A DNA stretch of 53,619 nt, filler included, from Catajapyx aquilonaris (Eukaryota), in NCBI GenBank assembly GCA_000934665.2. It is 2 parts of 2 records of this genome, joined end to end, with 100 filler letters (N's around TTAATTAATTAA, not from the genome) between each part and the next. Parts side by side here need not be neighbours in the genome. Positions count along the whole stretch, not along the records: positions 1 to 26,778 come from JYFJ02005162.1; 1 more part is not named here. The stretch is one strand, 5' to 3'. Each line of letters opens with the position of its first letter. Position 1 is the stretch's first letter. The notes beneath the pieces were generated by a model. That model did no database searches, was not told where the DNA came from, and saw nothing but the letters and a program-made list of their open reading frames with translations. The position numbers were made by a program, and so were the translations under genes. Shown one piece after another: positions 1 through 10,780 of the stretch.

Positions 1-18
1 AGAGAGAGAGAGAGAGAG
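1..18. repeat. (AG)n microsatellite, truncated by the window edge
   Basis: Perfect AG run. Confidence 0.95.
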
Positions 19-325
19 CCTACTCTTGACAGATCATTCTGATTTTTTCCCTGGTGAAAAGTACGCCACAGAATTTCAGGAATTTTTGTATGGTTTTCAG
101 CTGCACATCCACTTATCGGGAAATATGAAACTTTGGCTTATGACGTCATGCCATTAAAAAATCACATGAGTGGCGTAAATACTCATGAACATAGCCTTAG
201 GTAACTCTTCTAGTTTCTATGGTGAAGAAATTTCAGTTGGGATTATACCAGTGAATTTTTTTAAAATTATTTTGTGTCGTTGAATTATAATGCAACCACC
301 ATGGCCGTGGGAGACAAAGGGTTAA
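19..325. mobile_element. Non-autonomous DNA transposon fragment with a piggyBac-like end; a related inverted copy lies at ~4634-4843
   Basis: 19-258 aligns by eye to the reverse complement of 4634-4843. The right end reads AAAGGG-TTAA, i.e. a TTAA target next to a CCCTTT terminus. Confidence 0.55.
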
Positions 326-577
326 AGAGCTACACAGAGAACAATTCAATTACAGTCAATTGTGAAAGCGGAACCACGGCCAAATAAAAAACACCATCAT
401 GCTAAAAGGGAGAAACGAATTATTAATGTATTAGCAAATCGTGAAGACGTTCCTGTATTAGATTTTCTTCGAGAGATTGCTTACAACATGTGTCTGTAAA
501 AAGAATGGTATGTAGTATTGTGGCCTGTAGGTATTTCGGTTGTTGGGAATTTGGTGTTAGGTATTTGTCCTACACCC
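326..577 (+). pseudogene. C-terminal remnant of a Mutator/MULE-type transposase plus terminal sequence
   Basis: Translates as ...EPRPNKKHHHAKREKRIINVLANREDVPVLDFLREIAYNMCL* (stop at 497-499), resembling the LDYLRGIAHN-type tail of MULE transposases. It is followed by repeated TAGGTATTT/TGGGAATTT motifs. Confidence 0.6.
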
Positions 578-1210
578 TGTGAAAAAATGTGAAAAATACT
601 GCCACAGGTCTCCGACTCTCAGAAAGCAAAGCACATTATCCACATATTCAAAACCTTCAAATGAGGAATACATTCAGGTGGGAGTAACTTTCTCTGCCCC
701 CTTAGACCAGTTTGATTTGCCAGTCCCCTCACAGTCACAAATTTACTTCTCTCCTCCACGAACACATAAAAATTTTGATTCATTCCCAGTGTACATGAAG
801 GAGCAAAAATTCTAAGCCCAACTATGTATGTCACTCACTTCTGATACATCTCTAGGGCACCCTAAGAAGGCTGACAATAATATAAGGCCTCCATAAATGG
901 GCTCATACTCAACGTGTACAATATATTGTGAATATGGTGTGTTTAAGACTGGCAGACATCATATAATTATAACACTAGGCAGCACATACAAGGTTGTCCT
1001 TAATCTTTCGTGTACAGGCACAAGCAGAATAATGGAGACAGACTGAATAAGGAGATGTCTGCTCCAATGCTATTGTGCAGTAGAGTACCTCATTATCAAT
1101 GGCCACTCTACTACATACAATCAATAGTACTAGAGCCAAGACATGATAAGTTTTACAGTGAACTCATTGGATCTCCTTACTTAGGTCATATCCCATCACA
1201 ATGCTCATAC

Positions 1211-2300
1211 CTGTACCTTCCCTATTGTTCCTTGTACTGCACAAACAATAATTAAATGCAACATGATAGGCCTGTGGCCCTTAACACTTAATTGTTCATA
1301 ACTAATGACAACGATAGATTTGTAGAATTTTATGAAACGAAACTTGGGAACCTCAGCAAATCCCATGCTAGAATGGACAAAACCCATTGAAACCAAAATC
1401 CTCAGCCCAGTCCAGGAATGAATTTATATCCCCCCCCCCCCCTGCTCCCACCTCACNCCTCCCTCAGCTACTGCTAAAGTCACTAATGAATGCAAATGCC
1501 TGGAAGAGTATGGGGCCTTTAGTCAGTAGTGGCATCAACACAGTCTCGGAACAGGCTAACTCAGTAATGATGCACATGAAACATGGGGAGGAATTTTTGT
1601 CCCACTACTATGGTTACTGCTAACTTATAGCTGTAACCATCCCCAGCACTATGGTACTGCTAAGTTAGCAGTAACCATAGTAGTGGGACAAAAATTCCAC
1701 CCCTTCTTACCACACCTCTCAATAACACTCAACCAGTCTCTTCACTCACCTGGCACATCCAATGTTAACATCCAGTATTACCAACAGAAAAGATGTTCAC
1801 CAGTGGGCCAAGAGCGCTCTTAATCATATTGCACTTTCAAAAACCGAGTGTAAGACACACTCTCTCGATTAAATGTCTGTCCTCCAAGCATTTCAACCTT
1901 ATTATAAGGTGTTGGTGCATTAGATATCTACTAAATTAAGGTGATCCTACTGTATTCTCTAATCACAAGGCTGGACCCACTGGTTATTTTTTTCCTCCAG
2001 AACAGTATAAATATTAAAATTATACCATTTAGTACCGAACATTGAGTACTACCTTCTCGTAAAGAAGTTGCCTCCACACCAACCAATGCCTCGCTCTGCA
2101 TCCCTACAAGAGAAATTAATAAGAGTAAATATCTTACTCTGAATCATGTACTCTCCGCCCGGGGGATTACCTGCCGCGCTAGTTACACACAGTTGAATCC
2201 AGCCCCGGTTGTTGTAGCCAGACAACACTTCTGCTTCGCACCACAGCAGGTGCACAGCAGATGACAAGACGTCTACATAGCTGATGATTGACGATATCAC
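1211..2300 (-). other. Putative 5' exons of a minus-strand gene running off the left edge (donors at 2171 and 1750; micro-exon 1236-1211)
   Basis: Minus-strand donors CAG|GTAATC (2171), CAG|GTGAGT (1750) and CAG|GTATGA (1211); acceptor TTGTTTGTGCAG| before 1236. ATG at 1771 gives a spliced MLTLDVP-VQGTIGKVQ in frame. Product not recognised. Confidence 0.4.
1586..1703. repeat. Short hairpin/MITE-like inverted repeat
   Basis: GGAATTTTTGTCCCACTACTATGGTTACTGCTAACTTA (~1590-1628) is a perfect inverted match to ~1661-1698. Confidence 0.85.
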
Positions 2301-2315
2301 GATACTACGTACAGG

Positions 2316-2767
2316 CAGTGTTACCAGATGTACCATAAATATGGTATTCATACCATATTTTCGGGTTCCGTACCATGTACCATAATGGTACGCAAAAAGT
2401 ACCATTATTTTGTCAAGTCCAATGTTACTCTGTAATTCCACTTCCATGAAAAAAGTGATACCAATTTAACCACATATACACCTATTCAAATCTCCCAGTA
2501 GGTTACATTCACCAAAACTTGTGTGACCTTGAACCAAAAAAATTTTTCGTCTGCGGCGCGCTTTTCCCTCCCCGCCAGTACTTTACTACTTTCCCCGGTT
2601 TCGACTGCTTTATCATGTTTAACTTTTTAATTACGGCTATTTAAATTAAAATTGTCTTTAATTAACATTAATTACGCCATTTTTGAAATGTACCATATTT
2701 TCCGGAGAAGTACCATTAATTTCGAGGGTTGGTACCATTAACTCGTTCTCACGATCTGGCAACTCTG
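2316..2767. mobile_element. hAT-type MITE (452 bp) with 8-bp TSD
   Basis: TIRs CAGTGTTACCAGAT / ATCTGGCAACTCTG. Identical CGTACAGG at 2308-2315 and 2768-2775. Many subterminal GTACCAT motifs. Confidence 0.88.
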
Positions 2768-2775
2768 CGTACAGG

Positions 2776-2975
2776 CCTGGCCACCGGCGAGGCGCTGCAA
2801 TCGCAAATCGCATGGCGGACCGCAGACGTAGAGGCGAACGTGAAGCTGGAATGGCGCCAAACAGCCGGCTGTACCCTTAGTTTACCACACGGGCTTGGTG
2901 TACTGTAGAAACCGGACGCGCTGGCTACTACGGGTTACACCTCTTCAAGTGCTGCTTCACGTGGAAATAGATCTG
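2776..2975 (+). promoter_or_regulatory. CpG-rich probable promoter/first non-coding exon of the methyltransferase gene
   Basis: Local CpG enrichment against a CpG-poor background, upstream of candidate UTR exon 3281-3375. TSS and donor not resolved. Confidence 0.4.
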
Positions 2976-3280
2976 TATGTTTACTGTTATCAGAGTGCAT
3001 TTTCGCATGCTTTAAGCACTGCCTACAGTAGTGTGCAGGTCTGCACTATTTGCGTCGTTCTAAAAGCAAAATGTGTATGTTGTGGTGCAGTTAGAAAACA
3101 GTACCAAGTTATGAAGCACAAAGGAAACAAAATTAAGGTTTTTGGCTGTTCTGAACTAATTGACTCAAAAGTGAAATGATGATGATGATAATAATTGTGT
3201 TTGTTTATTTCAATGTGACAAATTGAACAAGCCGTTTGTGCAATTGTATAAATTCCTTAGAATATATATTTTTTTTCAAG

Positions 3281-3375
3281 GTGCCTACTAGATCTTGGAT
3301 TGCATTTTCTTCATCGGAGCTCTGGGAAACCACAAAGGGAGTCATCTAAGACTGTGATAGTGGCAGAAATATTTG
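3281..3375 (+). other. Candidate 5'UTR exon of the methyltransferase gene
   Basis: Acceptor TTTTTTTTCAAG|, donor TTG|GTAGGT, no ATG inside. Confidence 0.5.
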
Positions 3376-4029
3376 GTAGGTCTGCTACACTCTGGCTGTG
3401 CATGACAAGAAGGAGCACAGATCATCGGAGGTTGCTGTTGTTCATCTAGATTGTCAGGTGTTTCTCGGCTTATGGCACATGAGGAAATGGCGCAAATCAC
3501 TGGTTGATGTGCCATACTTCAAGGGCAGAGCTTTGGTTTTCTAAGGAATTCAGGACATTCTGACTGGTGGTAAGGCATGATGAATCTCTGTCAATTGTAG
3601 ACTTGTTACCTGCTTCTGTTCCATTCACATCTTCCAATCCTTCCACATGTTCATAGTAACATTCCATTCCCCAAGAAAATATGAAATACCTATGTGTTGT
3701 AGAATCTTTTGGTATGTTCAAAATGTGCAGGGGAGGGAGCGTAATAGTTTTTTATATTGGCAGTCTATGTGGCTCAGGTTTCTTGCTGTTGTGATGTGTC
3801 ACTAAACTTTGGTTAGTGCAGGCTTTAATATTGCAGCTAAGGCTAAAGGTATGAAATTCCCAAGCTCACACAAATCGATCATGGAGAAAGTGTGAGCATG
3901 AGCAAGAAGTCAATTCTCTCACCCCATTTGTCCATTGACTTGTTGCTCACACTAAAAAGTCTTGAGTTCACTCTAAAACTCTCACTCTCATTAGCTTGGG
4001 AATACACCTTAAGAGGTGGAGGGGATAAG

Positions 4030-4471
4030 AGACAACTCAATAATTGGACTTACAGCTAGAAGCATACTCATTGGCTCAATACAAGTCAAAAATGTAGGGG
4101 TGAGAAATGTCAAAGGACCATCTGTAAACAAGGTACATGACAACAAATGTTCACCTTTCTATAGACACAAATGACAACCTACATTACAGCAAGAGCTGAT
4201 TACAGCTATTGCAAGGCATGCAATGCGGTGGTTGCCTAGAGAGTAGGATATGAGTGTGATAATGGCAGCTCCGCATGAGGTGCAATCTTGTAAAATCGTC
4301 ACTTCTTGCACAGTAATTAATGGCACACCCATATCATGCTTGTCATGGTCATCTGCGTTGTTACTGGTTGTTCCTTTGACATTTCTCACTCCTACATTTT
4401 AGACTTGTTAGAGGCCAATGAGTACACTGCTGGCTGGAAGTCCCAAGAGCTGGAAGTTAGGAAACATCCTG
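4030..4471. mobile_element. Old Tc1/mariner-type MITE, same family as 24910-25292
   Basis: Diverged inverted arms (AAAATGTAGGGGTGAGAAATGTCAAAGG / CCTTTGACATTTCTCACTCCTACATTTT), similar to the 24.9-kb copy. Ends approximate. Confidence 0.65.
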
Positions 4472-4633
4472 CACATTGGTGGAAATTAATGGAGAAGCAC
4501 AAGTGTTGCCTTTTGGCAGAGTTTTCCCTCTAAATCTCTACATGAAGCTGCTTCATGTTGAGCTTCTCCATTAACTCTATGTCGCCTACGGCATCTTTGT
4601 GATATTATATCACAAGACATTTTTTTTTTTTTA

Positions 4634-4843
4634 ACAATTCACTGGTATAATTTCAACAAATTTTTTCACCATAGCCTTAGGTAACTCCTCTAGTTTCTAT
4701 GTTCATGAGTATTTACACCACCCGCTTCCTGCCGCATATTTCCTAGTTAATGGACATGCAGCTGAAAACCATTAAAAAATTCCAGAAATTCTGTGATTTA
4801 CTTTTCGTCGAGGAAAAATCAGAACAATCAGGTCAATGGTAGG
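4634..4843. repeat. Inverted copy of the 19-258 repeat
   Basis: Shared blocks AATTCACTGGTATAAT, TTCATGAGTATTTAC and GCAGCTGAAAACCAT on the opposite strand. Confidence 0.8.
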
Positions 4844-5044
4844 CAAACTCCCCCGCCACCATTTCAGCCGTAAAAAGTGTCCTCACTCTCAATTGGCTGG
4901 GCAGACTGCTCCAAGTGGTGGCCGCTTGCCACCTGAGCCACCTCTTCTGCACCTGGTGGCTCACATTACCTCTGTTTAAACTGGACCTTTAAAAAAATTT
5001 AAACGGACACTTAATGTTTCCATAATTTATTAGAGGGACTAACA

Positions 5045-5615
5045 GAGTTTATTGGGCGATATAGCCTAAGAAGGTCCTCCACCCATTCATACAGGGATAA
5101 CAAAAAACACTATAAAAATTAAAACTCCAAAGTTCCAAGGTTCTCCGTCTCAGTCACAGCTCGAGTCGTCGCTCTCTCCTGGCTAAGAGACATCGGGCTC
5201 CACATCTTGTCTTTGCCCCCAGTTGCGGCCGGCATTCAGCTCAGTTAGAAGACGGTCAGCCACCAGACAAAAGTTGTTAAAGATAGGCAGCATCGTGGCG
5301 GTGACCAGAGCCTCCCTAGAGCAGGACCATCCAAGCCTCTTTGACACAGCCGTACATCAAAGGATTATCAGAGGGACTGGGCGATCATCATATAGAATTA
5401 TCTTGGATTATTCAGAGGGGTGGAAACTGCCAAAAAAACGTGTAGAACTGTAGATGTTGCAATAGGATGACTTCACCTTTTCGTGCATAGCATATGAGGC
5501 AGTATATGGCTCTCTCAGGATGCAACTCTGGTTTGTAGGTCTCGGATGCTTCAGCCCATCTTGTGGATGAATCGAGAGTGAAACCAATGGCGCCAGATCC
5601 AGTGATTTTCACCTA
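5045..5615 (-). mobile_element. Possible degraded 3' end of a non-LTR retrotransposon
   Basis: Minus-strand decayed Cys/His pattern (SCILREPYTASYAMHE..YC) followed by a UTR-like tail ending in AATAAA. Weak. Confidence 0.3.
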
Positions 5616-6117
5616 AGACGCTATTTTTAACCCCCCCACCAAAAATATGCAAAATCCAGCGGGAAACATAGGGTTAATTTCCACCACTGTACATGAACAA
5701 TGATGATAATTAAATACTTAAGATTGTGAGGATACAAGTCGACAACCTATTTTAGTGGTTTTGAGTTATTTACACCACTAAATCTCATTTTTCTGCACTA
5801 TCGCCTGGTGAAGTCCATTTAGTCCAAAAGATTCATAATGATCCAGAAAGCCACTGTCTCTACTGGCTTGTTAAATGCAAGATCAAATCTTTGCTTTGGA
5901 TTATCTCAAAACTGGTGCTTTGTATCATAAACACCCTGGGAATTTCACAGTGCAGGTCAAGCAGTCTGAATCGAGTTCTTTATTATGTGCAAGTGAGTGT
6001 CCCTGACTGCCAACTCGAACTTTGCTTCATGACTGACAATGTCCTAATCTATCTTCAATCTGTATGTTCCAAGGCCCACTTCAAACATTTCATTTTTTGC
6101 AACTTGGAAAGGAATCT

Positions 6118-6150
6118 TGTTTGTTTGTTTGTTTGTTTGTTTGTTTGTTT
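6118..6150. repeat. (GTTT)n microsatellite
   Basis: Direct reading. Confidence 0.95.
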
Positions 6151-6885
6151 TTTGCCTGCCTGCAGCCACACAGCACATAGCTATATGTATAGTGTAAGTA
6201 ACAATAACTAACCACATTTGTCAACAAAACATATCATTTGAAAGTCATAGCAGAGCTTGTGGATTCTATGAAGGCAAGTGAAGGTTGGCATAAAGGTTTA
6301 TGCTAAGACTGTTCAGTAGGGTGGAGCGAAAAACATGAAAGCTGTCCGATTAAATAGCACGGGGTGTCAAAAGTTGTGTATGGACTAGTATAACACTGGA
6401 ATTTTTTTATCATTTTCGTGTTTCATCTTCATTCGCCGCAAGAGCCTTCAAGTTTCACAATTTTTGCGAGAACAGCACCTACTACATCATGCAACACGAT
6501 TCTTGTCCATGGAAATTTGTGGCTATTTCCATGTTACTTAGGTCATTGGTAACTCATAATTGAGCATTTCTTTTGTCTGGGATTTGTTTTTTGACCTTGG
6601 GGCAGTTGCAGTCAAAAAACCAAATTCCTTGAAATACTGTACCAGTATATGGGTCATTCCGAATCAAGTAGGCCGAAATGTTGCTAGACCATCTCGGAAT
6701 TTGCTGAAAAATATCACCGTTGCACGTGCCTATGCCATAACACATCATGCCCAGTTTCAGCCAAATTACGCAATACAGTTGGGAGGGACAAAATCGCGAA
6801 ATTTGGGAAAATACTGAAAATGAGGCCCTTTTAGATTATTTTTCCGGTTAGTGGAAGTGGTGAAATGCCAATAAACATATAGGTA

Positions 6886-7096
6886 CCCCTGCGAGCATAA
6901 AGATGGAGACGGCAGGCCCTTTTTTTACAGTTCTTTATCTGACTCGAATTAATAAACTATTTTTGGACCGAGTTTGCCGCTTCAGGAGTGTGTTCGTGTA
7001 TTTATGACCGTATATTTTATACCGTAATTGCTGAGATTGACAGAGCAGCCTGCCGAAGGTGAGCGCCTGCCGTCTCCATCTTTATGCTCGCGGGTG
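6886..7096. mobile_element. Tc1/mariner-type MITE nested in the left arm of the foldback
   Basis: ~32-bp TIRs (GCGAGCATAAAGATGGAGACGGCAGG), flanked by TA at 6884-6885 and 7097-7098. Confidence 0.88.
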
Positions 7097-7299
7097 TACA
7101 TCAAATGAAAGAGGGTCACGAGGGGAATGCGTCTATGGAATTAGTTTTCCCCTACAGTGTAACCAGAAAAGTGTGCATGACATTCCATCGGTCACTGCTC
7201 GGTCACATGTCCAAGAATTGTGAATTTTTCTGATTACATTTTAGAGGAGAACTAATTCTATAGATGCATTCCCCTCGTGATCCTCTTTCATTTTATGTA

Positions 7300-7382
7300 A
7301 GGTGAAGTGGGGGAAGTGCACACACGGGGTAAGTGCACATTTTGTGCACTTACCCCGTGTGTGCACTTCCCCCACTTCACCT
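7300..7382. mobile_element. 83-bp perfect hairpin MITE nested in the right arm of the foldback
   Basis: 40-bp perfect arms with a TTT loop; TA on both sides (7298-7299, 7383-7384). Confidence 0.88.
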
Positions 7383-7957
7383 TATATGTTTATTGGGGTT
7401 TGACCAGTTCCACTAACCAAAAAAATTATCGAAAAGGGCCTCATTGTCAGTATTTTCCTGAATTTCACGATTTTTTCCCTCCTAACGGTATTGCGTAATT
7501 TGGCTGAAACTGGACATGGTGTGTTATGGTCATGTACAGCGGTGATATTTTTCAGCAAATTCCGAGATGGTCTAGCAACATTTTGGCCTACTTGATTCAG
7601 AATGACCCATATGCAGTATTTCGAGGAATTTGGTTTTTTGACTGCAACTGCCCCAAGGTGAAAAACAAATCCCAGACAAAAGAAATGCTCAATTATGAGT
7701 TACCAGTGACCTAAGTAACATGGAAATAGCCACGAATTTCCATGGACAAAAATCGTGTTGCATAATGTAATATGTGCTGTTCTTGCAAAAATGGTGAAAC
7801 TTGAAGGCTCTTGTGGTGAATGATGATGAAATACGAAAAATTATTTAAAAAATCACCAGTGTTAAACTAGTCCATACACAACTTTTGACACCCCGTGCTA
7901 TTTAATCGGACAACTTCCAAGGTGTTCGCTCCACCCTACTGTTCAGGTTAGTTTTGG

Positions 7958-8640
7958 CTTTTTTTTACTTTTTTTACTTTTTTGATGGTTATGGGACTGA
8001 CCCAGCCTTGTGGCCCTACAGCCCCTTACTCCCTATTTATTTAATGCAACAAAATACACCAATGCAATATGCAAAACAATAAACTACATTAAACATAAAC
8101 AAAGGTTAGTCTTGGCTGTAATCATCCACCTGTTGTCTTGAATTATCCTCTTCAAGGTCCCCATTCTGTATTGTTGGCCAGTTGTCACCAATGTGAAGTT
8201 GTCAACTGGCACATTATTGTAAGCAACAGCAGTTGGGTGAAACCCTTGAGTTCTGAAATAGATGGATTACTGGATAAACTATTGTTTATCCGCACCTTAA
8301 CAACGCGGTTGGGGTTGGGCGGGCGGGGGGCCTCCCGACGGTTGGCAACGTTGCGTCGCAAACAATCGGGTGCCTTGATACTGCTGCCAGCCAAATTCTA
8401 AGTGTCGTTCTTTGGGTTAATGGACTGCAGCAACCATCATGGCTTTCATATTTCCCACGTCCTTCATTAATACTGTGTCCTAGCACTCGTCTGATCAGTT
8501 CGCGTGGCAGGGGTAACAAGACGCCCTTTGTTGTGCTCTCCCGGCAACCGATTGTTTGCGACCCGTAGCCAACATGTTTGGAGCCCACCACGCCTTCCCA
8601 ACCCCTCCGCATCGCTACGTGCGGATAAATGATAGACTTT
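7958..8640 (-). mobile_element. Possible 3' end of a LINE with an (A6-7GT)n tail
   Basis: Minus strand ends AATAAA...CCATCAAAAAAGTAAAAAAAGTAAAAAAA. Upstream HNKGRLVTPATRTD weakly resembles LINE ORF2 C-termini. Confidence 0.35.
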
Positions 8641-8830
8641 CCGGATTACTAACCAGGGCTGTTCTCAGGCTGCTCAAGGGCCCGTTCTGAGGGCTAACAT
8701 TACACATTCATCTTTCTCTGTCGTCTTGGAGGTATCCCCAGATAAGCATGTAGGGGAGCCTGATCCACTCGTCTGCTGGGACCAGTGTGCACTGTCTAAA
8801 ACAGTGGACTTCGCCAGGTGCAGATTCCTA

Positions 8831-9039
8831 CACTGTAAACTGCAAAACGTTAAAAGAGCATCACTGGTGAGTCTCTTATGGAACATCAATTTTTAATGCT
8901 CTTATAATGCTCTGCTAATGCTCCTGTGATGCTTTTCAGCAATAAAAAAGCATCACAGGAGCATTAGAAGAGCATTAAAATTTATGTTCCATGAGAGACT
9001 CACCAGTGATGCTTTTTTAATGTTTGGCGGTTTACAGTG
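8831..9039. mobile_element. Palindromic MITE with CACTGTAAA termini
   Basis: CACTGTAAAC...GTTTACAGTG flanked by TA; internal arms GCATCACTGGTGAGTCTCT / AGAGACTCACCAGTGATGC. Confidence 0.8.
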
Positions 9040-9253
9040 TAGCCATGGCATGTGGTCCTGTATTGGGTGCCTGTTACGGATGGAAAAGAGAGTAAGGAGA
9101 AAACCCCTTTTTTCCTGAAAGTGAAAATGTAGGAAATGCATTTGCTCAAGTTCTAAATTATAGTGGGGTGTACTTTAATTTGTGTACTTTAATTTGCTAG
9201 ACTAGCTGGCATTAAGAGTTGTTCTTTTCTTCCTTGTAGGTCAGAAATTTCCC

Positions 9254-10195
9254 ATGGCTGTCGGTCTCAGCTTGGAAGAGGCAAAATGTGCCTTCACTGA
9301 TTTAATCAACAACATTGAACCAACAGCCAGCAACAAATTTGCAACATGGCTTAAGAAAGAGTGGAACTCAGGCAAAGTAAGGAAAGAAGGTTTGCCAGAG
9401 TCTGATGCTAACAGTCATGCAGAGGAAACATTAGAGGAGATCCGCACTGACATTCGCATGTTGCTTCCCCCAAATGCAGAGTTCCCATCAGAGAAAATAA
9501 TATTTCCTCAGGTCGGTCACAACAGTGATTGTGACCCAAAGCATACTATTAACGTTGATGCTTTTCTATATGATGATGATATGGTGGACCATCTTTGCAG
9601 TGAGGGAAAGTTGGCTCGTAGTTATTGCAGGGATTGCAACTCACATAATACAGTACCAATTAACTACATATCCCACTCCATGTCCCAGGAACGATTAAAG
9701 TTCATTTTCACAAACCTACTTCCGAATTTGGAAGGTCTTACAGTTTTAGATGTAGGATCAAGGCTTGGCTCAGTCTTGTATGGTGCATATGTGTATTCGA
9801 CTGCCTCCAAAATAGTTGGTGTGGAGATGAATGAAGACTTCTGCCACCTCCAGGAAAAGATAGTGAAGAAATACAACATGGATGATAGAATTGAGATTGT
9901 TCATGAAAGTATCTTCAATTCACAAAGAAAGTTGTGTGAAGCCAATGTTGTTGTGATGAACAATGTCTTTGATTTTTTTATGAAAGATGATGACAAGAGT
10001 GGAGCATGGTTGTTCATGAAGGACACCATTGTCAGTGGCACACTGCTAGTTACTGTACCTCCTCTTTCTTTGTCACTGGAAGATTGTGGAGTGCAACTGG
10101 ATGGCTGGGTGAATGAGTTAGAACCACTGGGTCAGCCAGAGGGAGATGTGGATGAGGAGGAAGTGTGTGACATCCAACTCTACATGATCATTTAG
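9254..10195 (+). CDS. Uncharacterised class I SAM-dependent methyltransferase (313 aa), CDS in a single exon
   Basis: Long clean ORF. Motif I VLDVGSRLG, acidic beta2 IVGVEMN, VVVMNNVF motif-IV-like segment, N-terminal YCRDC. Strong acceptor TTCTTTTCTTCCTTGTAG| at 9239, just upstream of the ATG. Confidence 0.9.
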   Translation: MAVGLSLEEAKCAFTDLINNIEPTASNKFATWLKKEWNSGKVRKEGLPESDANSHAEETLEEIRTDIRMLLPPNAEFPSEKIIFPQVGHNSDCDPKHTINVDAFLYDDDMVDHLCSEGKLARSYCRDCNSHNTVPINYISHSMSQERLKFIFTNLLPNLEGLTVLDVGSRLGSVLYGAYVYSTASKIVGVEMNEDFCHLQEKIVKKYNMDDRIEIVHESIFNSQRKLCEANVVVMNNVFDFFMKDDDKSGAWLFMKDTIVSGTLLVTVPPLSLSLEDCGVQLDGWVNELEPLGQPEGDVDEEEVCDIQLYMII

Positions 10196-10569
10196 TTAGT
10201 ATGGTTTTATTTATTAATCATGATTTCTGGGTGCATGTTGTAATACTCGTACATATTGGGGAAAAATTCATATTTCGTATTTTCAATAGCTTGATCAAAT
10301 GAAAACGAGAATTTTGCCATAGAAAATGTTAAAACCAGCTGTTTGGGTTTCTGTTTGAGAGGGACAGTTGCGGACTCTTATACGTATAACTTCAGGCAGT
10401 TTGCTTAAGGGGGAGTCAGACAAAAGCTATGTAAGGTAGGGAGCCTTCAATAGTGCTCCAAGGAGAAGGAGAGGGCTCTTATGAACAAGATAAAAATGCA
10501 TTAAATTGTTTTAAAATTCGCCATTGGGATGATGCTTGAGAGGAAAAGTTGTAGATTATCATGTGGTAC

Positions 10570-10780
10570 TCATAACTTCGTCTCGGGTGGTATTTCCAAC
10601 AGACTAAACCACCCGGGGGAGTTCACTAAAAATGGCCACAGCGTCAGATGCCCTGCACCTTGCACATCCCCTCCTGTCATCCTGCCCGTGGGCCCGGGCG
10701 TTTCAAATGAATAGGCACCAAATGTACCTCAATAAATAAAGGTCTGTGCGATATGCCCCCATGTGGGGGGCGAAAGCACA
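10570..10780 (+). mobile_element. 5'-truncated SINE copy, family of 11850-12079 and 13833-14189
   Basis: CCAACAGACTAAACCACCCGGGGGAGTTCAC and GGGCCCGGGCG match the reverse complements of the other copies. Confidence 0.7.

Larger units (their letters stand above)
6317..7938. mobile_element. hAT-type foldback element (1622 bp) with very long TIRs and 8-bp TSD
   Basis: Ends TAGGGTGGAGCGAA / TTCGCTCCACCCTA; CTGTTCAG duplicated at 6309-6316 and 7939-7946. The arms pair over ~560 bp (6317-6880 vs 7385-7938) and pair again inside the nested insertions. Confidence 0.92.

Noticed and set aside
6554..7714. Similar small ORFs at 6554-6748 (-) and 7526-7714 (+)
   Set aside because: They are the two arms of the foldback element, not duplicated genes.
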